DNA of 64,000 bases, taken from assembly GCA_036389235.1 (NCBI GenBank), contig DASVQJ010000223.1, positions 8,333 to 72,332 on the forward strand. Direction: 5' to 3'. Positions 25,377-38,771 of this stretch are shown piece by piece. This DNA is from Pyrinomonadaceae bacterium (GTDB taxonomy: Bacteria > Acidobacteriota > Blastocatellia > Pyrinomonadales > Pyrinomonadaceae). Numbering within the stretch: the first letter of the stretch is position 1; the number at the start of each line of letters is the position of its first letter. Both the position numbers and the translations under genes were made by a program. The notes beneath the pieces were generated by a model. That model searched no databases and was not told where the DNA came from. It was given only the letters and a program-made list of their open reading frames with translations.

Positions 25377-25749
25377 GGTCGCCGGCCTGAACGCCATGGC
25401 CGCGCGGGCGGGGCGCGGACGTTATGGTCGGGCGTTCGGCCCCGGCGCCGGGCCGGGGCGACCTCACGGGTCGGAACAAATACCCTTGACGAAAAAAATC
25501 GTTGCGTATACATTTCGCGTCACCGAACACGGGAAGGAGTCGCAACCCTGATTCGGTTGGCGAACTCTTCACGAGATTCCGCCGACTTCACCTCCAACAT
25601 CCAATCGCGAAGCGCGCACGGGCGTCGCTGGAAATCATCCCCGCCGTCGCGCGCTGCCGCTAACACCCTGGCTGCCGGTGAACGGGCCGCGCTTCATCAC
25701 GGCCCTCGACCCTCTGAAGGATTCACACACAACCCCTGGAGGAACTCAC

Positions 25750-27945
25750 ATGACGGACGGAAGAGAGAAATCGACGAGAGGCTTGACGAGGCGGCAACTG
25801 CTCAGACTCGGCGCGATGGCGGGCGGGGCCGGGATTCTGTCCTCGGCGGGCTGGCTGACGCTCGCGCACGCGGGCTCGAACCGCCTCTTCAGCAAATTCC
25901 ACCTCAAGGTCACCGCCAGATTCGCCAACGGCTCGCCCGCGGCGAACGTTCACGTAACGGCGCATGAGGTGCTCACCGACAATTATTACGATCTGGGGAA
26001 CACCAATTCGAGCGGGGTCGCGGAGGGCGACCTCCGGGAGAAGCGGCAGGTGCGCGTTGTCGATTTCGGGCGGTGCGACCTCCGGGGCTGCCCCTCACGC
26101 AACGAGGACGACCCGCTCGACCGCCCGAGTTTTATAATCACCTTCTCCGACGCGCAGGCGCATTCGTTCAAAACGCCGCCGTTCCCTTACGGCGAGATAG
26201 GCAACGTGCTCGTCGTCCTGCCGCCTAACTTCACGCCCCGAGTCCCGTCGCCGACGCCCGTCGGGCACATCCTGAGAAGGAAGAACCTGAGCACCGACTT
26301 CACGGTCAACGAGCAGGTGGAGCTGAGCAACCTGATCTACGGCTACCTCAACGACCAGGTGATAGACCAGCACATGAAGCAGGTCGATCACATCGAGGCC
26401 CTCTTCACAGACCACCGCGCGTACCTCTACGAGATGGAGAAGCGGCTCATCAGGGACGGCCACCGGAAGTACGTCCCCCTCCCGATCTGGGAGCCGTTGA
26501 ATAACATCCCGGACGGGTGGGACAAGGTGAAGCCGCTGCGCGGCGTCCCGCATCCCCTGCTGCCCTATAACGCGTCGCCCCTGTCGGCGAGGCCGGAACT
26601 CCCCGACAAGCTCAAGCCCGCCAACATGTGCGGCAGCAACTTCGACACGGCGCAGGACGTGGCGAAGGCCATCGGGCGCTCCGCGTGGTCGGCCGTCGGC
26701 TCTTACCACTTTAACGCCCACGCCGCCCTCGGCGGCCCTTACTGGAAGATGAGCACGGCCGCCTCGTCGGTGCTGTTCTGGGCCTTCCACGCCCTGCTGG
26801 TCGAGGTGTACGACAAGTGGCTGACGTGCAAGTTCCCCGGCACGAGCCTGAAGACCGCGGTCGGCCTCAACGGCGACGGCCGGCTGGAGCTGTTCACGGT
26901 GGCGTCGAACAACAAGCTCTGGCACTCGTGGCAAAGGCTCGACATCGCGCACCGGAGCGAGGCCGACGAAGAACTGGGGAGACACCCGCCCGAGTTCGTG
27001 CACTGGAGCCACTGGGAACAACTGCGGCAGGACAAAGATGTCGTGGACGTAAAGGCCGTCACCGACCACTCCGGCAAACTGGTGCTGCTGGCGAAGGGGA
27101 CGGACAAAAAGCTCTACCTCACCCGGCAGGGCGCGGGGGGTTGGACGGCGTGGGTGGATTTGGGCGCGGAGGTCTCCGACTTCGCCGCGGCGCTCAACGA
27201 AAACAACACCCTGGAAGTGCTCGCCATCAGGCCGAAGGGCGCGGGCCTGACCAACGTCGTCGCCCGGTGCGGCGAGACCGCGCCGCGGAGCAACTCCTTC
27301 GGCAGTTGGTCGGAGATTTCCGCCCTCGATTACTTCCACCGGATAGAGACGGTGAGCCGCCCCGGCGCCCTCCCGCACGCGTTCGTCTCGGGCCGCGTGG
27401 GCGGGCGGTTGTTTCACTTCTGGAAGCGCGCCAACGGCACCTGGGACCCGAGGTATCAAAAACTGTCGGACGATTTTTTCGCGGCCTTCAGGGTGCACGA
27501 GAATCAGGACGGGAGGCTGGAAGTCTTCGCCCTGAAAGACTCCGACGGCCTCATCTACCACAAGTACGTCCTGCCGGGGCGTGCCGCCGTAGACTGGAGG
27601 TCGGCTTCCACCTGGAGCGCCTGGGAAAAACTGGGCTCCGTTAACACGAGGTTCGGCGATCTGGCGGTGGCGAGAAACGGGGACGGCCGGCTGGAGGTGT
27701 TTGCCATCGACTCGGACGGTAAGGTGCGGCACGTCTGGCAGAGGAGTCCAAATCAGGGCTGGGCGGGCAACTGGGAAGAGATACCCCTGTTGAACGTCAT
27801 GGGCAGTCGGACGAGGCGGGTCATGTCGGGCCTGGACTCCACCGGCAAGCTCAAAGTCTTCGTCCACGCCGAGGACAATTTCGCCTACATGGCCGAACAG
27901 GCGGAGCCGAATCAAGGCCCCTGGTTAGGCTGGACAAACATTTAA
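25750..27945 (+). CDS. Tat-signal protein: tyrosinase-like (type-3 copper) domain fused to a 7-bladed lectin-type beta-propeller
   Basis: ggagga precedes ATG 25750. Twin-arginine signal TRRQLLRLGAMAGGAGIL. CuA-like QHMKQVDHIEALFTDHRAYLYEME and CuB-like HFNAHAALGG...FWAFHALLVEVYDKW. Seven repeats of the DGRLEVFA..G.i.H.WQ...W type. Confidence 0.6.
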   Translation: MTDGREKSTRGLTRRQLLRLGAMAGGAGILSSAGWLTLAHAGSNRLFSKFHLKVTARFANGSPAANVHVTAHEVLTDNYYDLGNTNSSGVAEGDLREKRQVRVVDFGRCDLRGCPSRNEDDPLDRPSFIITFSDAQAHSFKTPPFPYGEIGNVLVVLPPNFTPRVPSPTPVGHILRRKNLSTDFTVNEQVELSNLIYGYLNDQVIDQHMKQVDHIEALFTDHRAYLYEMEKRLIRDGHRKYVPLPIWEPLNNIPDGWDKVKPLRGVPHPLLPYNASPLSARPELPDKLKPANMCGSNFDTAQDVAKAIGRSAWSAVGSYHFNAHAALGGPYWKMSTAASSVLFWAFHALLVEVYDKWLTCKFPGTSLKTAVGLNGDGRLELFTVASNNKLWHSWQRLDIAHRSEADEELGRHPPEFVHWSHWEQLRQDKDVVDVKAVTDHSGKLVLLAKGTDKKLYLTRQGAGGWTAWVDLGAEVSDFAAALNENNTLEVLAIRPKGAGLTNVVARCGETAPRSNSFGSWSEISALDYFHRIETVSRPGALPHAFVSGRVGGRLFHFWKRANGTWDPRYQKLSDDFFAAFRVHENQDGRLEVFALKDSDGLIYHKYVLPGRAAVDWRSASTWSAWEKLGSVNTRFGDLAVARNGDGRLEVFAIDSDGKVRHVWQRSPNQGWAGNWEEIPLLNVMGSRTRRVMSGLDSTGKLKVFVHAEDNFAYMAEQAEPNQGPWLGWTNI

Positions 27946-27962
27946 AGCACGGGAGGGCCGGC

Positions 27963-29327
27963 TCAGACGGCCAGGAGGATGCGCAGGTCGCGCACGTTGG
28001 TGCCCGTCGGGCCGGTGCGGACGGCGTCGCCGAGTTGTTCGAAGAGGGTGTGGGCGTCGCTCCCTTCGAGAAACTTCCGGGCGTCGAGTCCCCGTGCGTG
28101 CGCGCGGGCGGCGGTCGTCTCGTCGGCCAGGGCGCCGGCGGCCGGGCTGTTGCCGTCGATGCCGTCCGTCCCGGCGCAGAGCGCGACCGCGTGTGACGGG
28201 ATGAGCCCCGCGCGCGCCCCGCGTTCGGCCGAGACCTTCTCAAGCTCGAACGCGACGCGCAGCGCCGTCTCCGAGTTGCGCCCGCCCGTGCCGCCCCCGC
28301 GCACGGGGCACGAGAACTCGCCGCCCGAGATCAGGCACACGCCGCGCACGCCCGCCGCGCCACCGCGCGCGTAGAGGGTTAAGAGCCTTGAGACGAGTTC
28401 GGCCGCGCCCTCCGCGACGTGCTGCTCGACCAAGTCCCGCGCCAACTCGACGGCGAAGCCCCGGGCGCGCGCGGCCCGCGCGGCGGCCTCGCACGCGCTC
28501 GCGTTGTCGAGCAGAACGTGAAACGTCCTTCGTGCTTCGGGAGGTCGTCGTGCGGGACTCCGCGCGCTCGCCTCTTCGAGGGCGCGGAGGACGTGTGCGG
28601 GAAGTCTCGAAGCCAGCCCGTAGCGCGCGACCGTTTCGGCGACGCCGTGGGCGTCGGGCGGGGCCGCGAGGGTCGGGCCGGAGGCCACGTCGTAGGCGCG
28701 GCCCGTGCTTACGTCGGAGACGACGAGAGTGACCTGCGCCGCGCGCGGCGCGCGCGCGGCGAGGCCGCCGCCCTTCACGGCCGAGAGCGCGCGCCGCACC
28801 GCGTTCACCTCGTCGATGGGTGCGCCGCACGAGACGAGCACGCGGTTCGCCTCGCGCAACTCTTCGAGCGTCAGGCGTCCGTCGCGCGGGAGTTCCATCA
28901 TCGCCGACCCGCCTCCCGAGACGAGGAAGACGACGAGCGCGCCGTGGTCGTCGGCCGCGCGCAGAAGCTCGAACGCCGCGCGCGCGGCCTCCACGCTCTC
29001 CGCGTTCGGCAGAGGGTGCCCGCCCACGTAGACGCGCCAGCGTTCGGAGAGCTTGAAGTCTGAACGAGGGGCCGAGAGCACGCCGCCCGCGAGTGCTTTG
29101 CCGAGCCGCTCGTCGAGCGCCGATGCCATCGCGGCCGCGGCCTTACCCAGGGCGACCGAGTAGACCTTTAACCGGCCGCCGCGCAGTTCGAAACGAGCAT
29201 CGCCGACGCCGAGAGTCGCGCCGTCGAACTCGACCGCGTCGAGCACGGCGCGGCGCGCGTCAACCGCGGCGAGCGCGTCGTCGAAGATTTCGCGCGCGAC
29301 ACTCCGTAGCTCTCTAAGGTCTTTCAA
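27963..29327 (-). CDS. Glycerate 2-kinase / hydroxypyruvate reductase-like (DUF4147 plus MOFRL family)
   Basis: VALGKAAAAMASALDERLG, LISGGEFSCPVRGGGTGGRNSE and GTDGIDGNSPAAGA. Confidence 0.8.
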   Translation of the reverse strand: MKDLRELRSVAREIFDDALAAVDARRAVLDAVEFDGATLGVGDARFELRGGRLKVYSVALGKAAAAMASALDERLGKALAGGVLSAPRSDFKLSERWRVYVGGHPLPNAESVEAARAAFELLRAADDHGALVVFLVSGGGSAMMELPRDGRLTLEELREANRVLVSCGAPIDEVNAVRRALSAVKGGGLAARAPRAAQVTLVVSDVSTGRAYDVASGPTLAAPPDAHGVAETVARYGLASRLPAHVLRALEEASARSPARRPPEARRTFHVLLDNASACEAAARAARARGFAVELARDLVEQHVAEGAAELVSRLLTLYARGGAAGVRGVCLISGGEFSCPVRGGGTGGRNSETALRVAFELEKVSAERGARAGLIPSHAVALCAGTDGIDGNSPAAGALADETTAARAHARGLDARKFLEGSDAHTLFEQLGDAVRTGPTGTNVRDLRILLAV

Positions 29328-29348
29328 GGCGGGTCGCTCCGGCGCGAG

Positions 29349-29759
29349 TCAGGGCGTCTTAACTTCGGCGGTGACGTAGGGGCGCAGTTGCAGGAAGCGT
29401 CGCTCGCTGATGCCGCGCACGAGCAGGAGGTGCTCTGCGCGTCGGAAGCGCCCGAAGCGCTCACGGTGCTCGACGATGCGCGCGGCGAGCGCGGGGCCGA
29501 CGCCTGGAAGCCGCTCCAACTCTTCGCGCGAGGCTTCGTTGAGGGGGACGAGGGGCTGGTCTTGCCGCGCCTGTTGCGCGTGTGTTTGTTGTGAGCCGCC
29601 GCCGTCTGCCCGGCGTGGCAATTTGACGCAGGACGGTGCCGCACAGGCGGTCAGGCAGCACAGGATGATACGCCCGAGAGTCTCGGGTAAGGGGATTGGT
29701 ATCATGCGTGCGGCCCTTTTTTGCGACGGCTTCATGAAGTGTGCCGCGTTTTTGTGCAA
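29349..29759 (-). CDS. comEA: ComEA-type helix-hairpin-helix DNA receptor
   Basis: LNEASREELERLPGVGPALAARIVEHRERFGRFRRAEHLLLVRGI, with an N-terminal membrane or lipoprotein-like anchor. The start is uncertain (29759, 29735 or 29705). Confidence 0.75.
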   Translation of the reverse strand: MHKNAAHFMKPSQKRAARMIPIPLPETLGRIILCCLTACAAPSCVKLPRRADGGGSQQTHAQQARQDQPLVPLNEASREELERLPGVGPALAARIVEHRERFGRFRRAEHLLLVRGISERRFLQLRPYVTAEVKTP

Positions 29760-29820
29760 AATGCTAGAAGTCTAAAGTTCTCAGGAACTTGTACCCTGAA
29801 AACTCGACTTTTTCACAGGG

Positions 29821-29843
29821 TTTTCCACAGAAACTGTGGAAAA
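29821..29843. promoter_or_regulatory. Perfect palindrome upstream of comEA (candidate operator)
   Basis: ttttccacag-aaa-ctgtggaaaa, 62 nt upstream of the longest comEA start. Confidence 0.3.
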
Positions 29844-29913
29844 GTTGTCGAAAGCTTGTCCTCAAAAGAGAGCGCACGAGGGCGGAGAAAAAGCTTACAA
29901 AAACGCGGCCGAG

Positions 29914-29969
29914 GAAGACGTTCGTGGCGGCCGTCACTTCAAAGCGTGACGGCCGCCACGAACGTCTTC
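29914..29969 (-). terminator. 24-bp-stem hairpin immediately after the ftsK stop
   Basis: gaagacgttcgtggcggccgtcac-ttcaaagc-gtgacggccgccacgaacgtcttc. A T-run follows on the minus strand a few nt downstream. Confidence 0.7.
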
Positions 29970-29972
29970 GTC

Positions 29973-32693
<2,721 letters not shown>

Positions 32694-32992
32694 TCCGGTT
32701 TCAGTCGCGCCGACGCCTTCGGCCGCAGCACTCCTCGAAGACGATGCAATACCACCGTCGGTCTTCGCGGAACCCGAAGACGGCGTACCACGGGATGCGT
32801 CCTTTAATTACGTTGACGCGTCTGTTGATTGCCGGGGGGGCAACACGTCGCGGCGTGCCGTTGTGAGAGCCCGGCCGGCCCCCGCCCGGAACGGCACCGC
32901 CGAGCAAGAGCCTTTCGAAAGTCTTCCGTCGGGAGGAGGATAACCGAAAGTCTCATCCTCTTTCCACGAGAATCATCCGGCCCCGCAGATTT

Positions 32993-34115
<1,123 letters not shown>

Positions 34116-34157
34116 TCGACCTCCAAACGACTCCCGGCGGAAATAAAGATTCTGAAC

Positions 34158-35780
34158 CTAGAGACTCAACGCGCCACTTCTTCTCCTCAACGTCGAGGCC
34201 AGGGCGAACAGGGTGACGAAGGAGCAGGCGAGGGCGAGCGCGTCGCCGTACCGGACGTAAAAAGTCTGCCCGCCGTCGGAGCGCGCGACCGGCCAGGCGC
34301 GCACGGCCTCGACGAATCGCCCCGTCTCGTCCGACACCCGGCCGCGCTCGTCGACGCGCGCGCTGACGCCCGTGTTGGTGACGCGCAGCAGCGGCCGCCC
34401 CGTCTCGGCCGCGCGGAAGACCGCGTTCGAGAGGTGCTGCCTGAGCACCGACGTGTCGCCCTGGTACGCGTCGTTCGTCATCTCGATGAGCACGTCCGCG
34501 CCTTCCGAAGTGAGCCGGCGCGTGATGTCTGGGTACGCCGATTCGAGGCAGATGAAAGTGCCCGCCCTCGGACTCTGCCCGCCCGCGCCCAGAGGGATCA
34601 GCGTGTAGCGCTCGCCCGGCGTGAAGTCGCCGACGACGCCCCCGAGCATCCCGGCGCCGGGCAGCCAACGGGGCAGCGGCACGTACTCGCCGAACGGCAT
34701 CAGGCGAATCTTATCATACTGCGCCGCGGGCAAACCCTTTTCGTTGACGAGCACCGCCGCGTTGTAGCCGCCCCCGCCCGCCGCCGGCTCAAGGGAGTTG
34801 AAGAGCAGAGAGACGCGGCGACTCCCGACGTACCGCGCCAACTCCTCGCGGAAGCGCCGGTCGCGTTCGAGCGCGAAGTTCATCGGCGACTCGGGCCACA
34901 CCACGACCCGCGGAGTCCCTTCAGCAACCCCTTCAACCGCGCGCAAGCCCTCGTCGCTCAGCTCGAAGTGTCGGCGGCGGAGCGCCTCGTACTCCGACTC
35001 GCTCCGGCCGAAGTCGGGGATGACGTTCGGCTGCACGGCGACGACGTGCGCGGACGGCGCGCGCTCCGCCCCCGGCGCTTTCGTCAACGCCGCGCCGTAG
35101 ACGGCGAGCGCCACGCACGCGGCGGCGGCGAGCGAGGCGAGCGCGCCGCGCACGCCCCGCTTCAGCAGCGCGTGGGCGAGCGCGGCGTTGAAGGCCACGA
35201 CGAGGAAGCTCACGGCGTAGACGCCGCCGAAGCGCGCCGACTGTATGAGCGCGGGCTCGAACGCCTGCGAGTAGCCGACGGCGTTCCAGAGCTGCCCGAC
35301 GACGCCGAGCCTCGCCCACTCGCACGCGACCCACGCGAACGGCGCGAGGAGGAGGGCGGCCGCCCCCCGGCGCGCGCACAGACGCGCCAGCGCGAGCGCG
35401 GAGAGGGCGGGGAAGAACCCGCCCGCCGCGGCCGGCGGCAGCAGAAGCACGTAGGCCAGCGGCGCGGGGATACCCGCGTAATGAATCATCGGGTAGGTCA
35501 GCCAGTAACAGGTCGCGTAGAAGAAGAGCGTCCCGGCGAGCCAGCCGGATAAGAAGGACTGAGCCGCGCGCGGCCGGCGCGCGACGTTGAAGAGCAGCGG
35601 GACGAGCGCGACCCACGCGAGCGGCCACGCGCCGAAGTCCGGGAAGGCGAAGGCGAGCAGGAGCGCGGAGGCGACGGCGCAGGAGGCTTCGGCGGGCGAA
35701 GGCAGGAGTGTGCGCGCGCGCGCGAGCCGTCGGCTTCGGCGCGCGCCCGCGCCCGGGTCTGTTGAGACGGTCTCCCGCAC
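34158..35780 (-). CDS. lnt: Apolipoprotein N-acyltransferase
   Basis: N-terminal multi-TM region and a C-terminal CN-hydrolase domain (VVWPESP, FICLESAYP). Confidence 0.85.
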   Translation of the reverse strand: MRETVSTDPGAGARRSRRLARARTLLPSPAEASCAVASALLLAFAFPDFGAWPLAWVALVPLLFNVARRPRAAQSFLSGWLAGTLFFYATCYWLTYPMIHYAGIPAPLAYVLLLPPAAAGGFFPALSALALARLCARRGAAALLLAPFAWVACEWARLGVVGQLWNAVGYSQAFEPALIQSARFGGVYAVSFLVVAFNAALAHALLKRGVRGALASLAAAACVALAVYGAALTKAPGAERAPSAHVVAVQPNVIPDFGRSESEYEALRRRHFELSDEGLRAVEGVAEGTPRVVVWPESPMNFALERDRRFREELARYVGSRRVSLLFNSLEPAAGGGGYNAAVLVNEKGLPAAQYDKIRLMPFGEYVPLPRWLPGAGMLGGVVGDFTPGERYTLIPLGAGGQSPRAGTFICLESAYPDITRRLTSEGADVLIEMTNDAYQGDTSVLRQHLSNAVFRAAETGRPLLRVTNTGVSARVDERGRVSDETGRFVEAVRAWPVARSDGGQTFYVRYGDALALACSFVTLFALASTLRRRSGALSL

Positions 35781-36350
35781 GCCGCGAGTTTAACAGAGCC
35801 GCGCGGGGGCGTCACCGCGTCCGGGCTTCTTCGGGAGGGTGTAAAAGGGGTGCGAAAATTTTTCTGAAATGGGTGAAGCGCTGCGGCAAAACGTCGGGGG
35901 GCGAGGGGCGAAACGACGTAAAACGTCACCCCCCGGGTGACAATTTTTGTCGAGGTGACGCGACGGCGCAGGCCCCTGTTGCCGCCGAGGGACAGCGTTC
36001 GTGTCTACGGTTGACAGTCTGTCCCCGCAGGTTGACAGCCCGAGCCCGCGGAAAAACGCAGGGAAACTGAAGCGCGGGAAAAAAGTGGCCCAAAAGCGAG
36101 AGAACCCGGCCGGGAGGCCAGGTTCTTGATAGGTAGGAGATTTGTAGGGACGCTCGGCGGGCGGCTGGCGTAGCGGCAGGCCACGCTCAGAGAAGTGATG
36201 GCGGCGGGGTCACGGTTTAACTTCCTCCGTGCTTGCCAACATTCTCTAAAGCAGTTCGCGTGCCACAACGGAGCCCGCGCCGGACGTTTCCAGGAAAGCC
36301 GGCCTCACATTTCTGGAAAGCGTACGCTTCCTCCCCTCGCCCACGAACCC

Positions 36351-36644
36351 TCAGCCGAGCGGCTCGACCAACAGCACGCAGCCGGTCGCGCCGACCACGC
36401 GGACGCGCGGGCCGCCGCGTCCGACCCTTGCTTCGCCGCGCACGCGCGCGCGCCACAGCTCGCCCTCGATTAACACGAACCCTTCGGGCTCAAGCGCGCG
36501 CTCGACCGAAGCGACGCGTCCGACGAGCTTCAAAGGCGACCGCGAATACTTCTTCTGTCTCGAAGAGTGGACGACGTAAGCCGCGAGCGCGACGGCGGGC
36601 GCCGAGAGTACGAGTAGAGAGATTAAGAACGCCCCGGTCGTCAT
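36351..36644 (-). CDS. NfeD-family membrane protein (OB-fold C-terminal domain)
   Basis: N-terminal TM followed by GRVASVERALEPEGFVLIEGELWRARV...VRVVGATGCVLLVEP. Confidence 0.7.
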   Translation of the reverse strand: MTTGAFLISLLVLSAPAVALAAYVVHSSRQKKYSRSPLKLVGRVASVERALEPEGFVLIEGELWRARVRGEARVGRGGPRVRVVGATGCVLLVEPLG

Positions 36645-36746
36645 CTCGCGCGGAAGGGCCGAGCGCTCACCGATGAAGGAGGGCGGCGGATGACAAAGTG
36701 CCTGCCGTCATCCGCCGCCCGCGACTGAAAACTGAAAACTGAAAAC

Positions 36747-38504
36747 TCACTTGATGCCGACTTGCAGCTCGCGCTGGAGGGCGATGGCCTCCTGGTTGTT
36801 CGGGTCGATCTGGACGGCGCTCTGCATGTAGGCGGTGGCCTGCGCGCGGTCGCCGCGCTCAAGGAAGATGCGCCCGAGCAGGATGTGCGCGTCGATGAGC
36901 TTGTGCTCCGTGTCCCAGAAGATCGAAGCCTTGAGCTGGCTGATGGCGGGGGCCAGCTCGCCGCGGCGCATGTAGATGCGCCCCGTGAGCAGGTACGCCT
37001 CGGCGTTCATCGGCTCGACGCGGACGACGTTGCGCAGCTCCATCAGAGCCTCGTCGTCGTGGCCGGCCGTGTACAGCTCGCGCGCCCTGGCGAGCAGGTC
37101 TTGCGCGCTCGTGCCCGGCGCGGGCGTCGCGGGCGCCTGCTGCGAGGCCACGTAGTCGGCGCGGTTGAAGCTGCCGCTCAGGTGGACGGAGAGGAGCGAG
37201 ATGGTCTGCGACTGCTCCCACTCGGTCTGCGCCCTGCCGTACGACGCCAGGAACTTGCGCGCCTCGTTGTCGTTGGCGGCGGCGGCCTCGGCCTGCCCGG
37301 TCTTCTCAAGCATCTTGGCGAGGAGGAAGAGCGCCTCGGCGTGGCGCGGGGTCACCTTGACGACCGCGCGGAGCTGCTCGGCCGCCTCGGGGAACTTGCC
37401 CGAGAGCGCGAGCGCGTAGGCGTAGTTGTAGCGCACGGTCGGGCCTTCGGCCGACTCCTCGGGCGCGCTCTCGACGGCGCGGCTGAGGAAGTTGGCCGCC
37501 TGCTTGAGGAGCGCCTCGCGCTTCTGCGCGTTCTTCTCGCCGGCGGCGGCCTTCGTCGAGATGGCGCCGGCGTTGTTGTAGATGCTCGTGAGCGGCGCGC
37601 GCGTCGAGAGCGGGAGCAGCACGTCGAGCGCGCTCTGCAACTCGCCCGCGCGCTCGTAGGCGAGCGCGGCGTAGAAGGCCGCCTCGGCGTAGTGCGCGTC
37701 CGCGGGCTGGAGCAGGGAGAAGTGCTCGGCCGCCTTCTTCCCGTCGCCCTGCGCGTAGAAGAGCTGACCCAGCTCGAAGGCCGCCTGCTTGTAGACGGAG
37801 CCGGGGTTGGCGCGCTCGTACTCGCGCATCGCGTTCTGCAAATAGGCGGGCTTGTCCGGGTTGCCGTTCGGGAGCATCGCGCCCTTGACGTACGCCTCGA
37901 AAGCCTTGGGCGGCACCTTCGTCGCCTGCTCGACGATGAGGTTCTGCGAGAAGGGCAGCTTGTCGTCCTGCTCGTAGAGAATCTGGTAGGCGAGCTTGCC
38001 CTGCACGGACTGGAGGTTGATGAGCGCGTCGCCGAAGAAGAACTCGTGCGTGGCCCAGCGGCCGTCCTGCATCTGCTTGCCGGCGATGCGCCCCTCGTTG
38101 ACGCGGACGATGCGGGCCGAGCCGCGCACCTCGGCGACGGTCTTCTCGTCGCGGGGCGAGACCTCGTAGTTGCCGAGCACGACCATCGTCGCGCCGGCCT
38201 CCTGCGCCAGCTTGATGGCCGTGGCGCGCGAGGGGATGACGGTGAGCGGCAGCCGCAGGCGCCCGTAGGCCAGCTCGCGCGCGTCCGAGGAGACGACGCG
38301 CAGGCCGTGCGCGCCGAGCAGCTCCGAGAGCTGGTCGGCGAAGCTCTCGCCGACCCAGTTGGCCTCGCGGTTGCTCGAAGTGTTCTCGAACGGGATGATG
38401 AGCACCACGTCGCTCAGGCCCTGCGCGGAGGCGCGCGGGGGCGCGAGCCCCGCGAGGAGGGCGAGGACGGCGAGGGCGGCGAGGGCGGCGGAGCGTCTGA
38501 ACAT
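36747..38504 (-). CDS. Secreted TPR-repeat protein with a TolB-N/LpoB-like N-terminal domain
   Basis: Signal peptide MFRRSAALAALAVLALLAGLAPPRASA at ATG 38504. N-terminal IIPFENTS...NWVGESFADQL. Multiple TPR motifs follow. Confidence 0.65.
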   Translation of the reverse strand: MFRRSAALAALAVLALLAGLAPPRASAQGLSDVVLIIPFENTSSNREANWVGESFADQLSELLGAHGLRVVSSDARELAYGRLRLPLTVIPSRATAIKLAQEAGATMVVLGNYEVSPRDEKTVAEVRGSARIVRVNEGRIAGKQMQDGRWATHEFFFGDALINLQSVQGKLAYQILYEQDDKLPFSQNLIVEQATKVPPKAFEAYVKGAMLPNGNPDKPAYLQNAMREYERANPGSVYKQAAFELGQLFYAQGDGKKAAEHFSLLQPADAHYAEAAFYAALAYERAGELQSALDVLLPLSTRAPLTSIYNNAGAISTKAAAGEKNAQKREALLKQAANFLSRAVESAPEESAEGPTVRYNYAYALALSGKFPEAAEQLRAVVKVTPRHAEALFLLAKMLEKTGQAEAAAANDNEARKFLASYGRAQTEWEQSQTISLLSVHLSGSFNRADYVASQQAPATPAPGTSAQDLLARARELYTAGHDDEALMELRNVVRVEPMNAEAYLLTGRIYMRRGELAPAISQLKASIFWDTEHKLIDAHILLGRIFLERGDRAQATAYMQSAVQIDPNNQEAIALQRELQVGIK

Positions 38505-38771
38505 CAAAGTCACCTTAATCAATGCAAAAGCGAGAGGCCGTCGGCGCTCCCGGTTAAAAACCCACGGCGTCGGCGGCCTCGCTCGAATGCACACCCGAAG
38601 GAGCGTCCCGTAAAACGCCCGCGCTCAACCGTCGGGTCTCGGAAATCGGACGGCACCAATTCTACAGGCAAACGCCTCAACCGCAAAAGCGGGGCGCCCG
38701 TTAAAAACCGGAACGACCCGCCGGGGTTAGACGCGCGGGGCCGTCCGGCGGTTGACCGCCCGCCACCCATT

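Noticed and set aside
32701-32907. 68-aa minus-strand ORF in the ftsK-prfB spacer (…GRIPWYAVFGFREDRRWYCIVFEE…)
   Set aside because: The short central stretch looks protein-like, perhaps a gene remnant. The N-terminus is Gly/Pro/Arg junk, there is no RBS, and I recognise no family. There is not enough support to call it.
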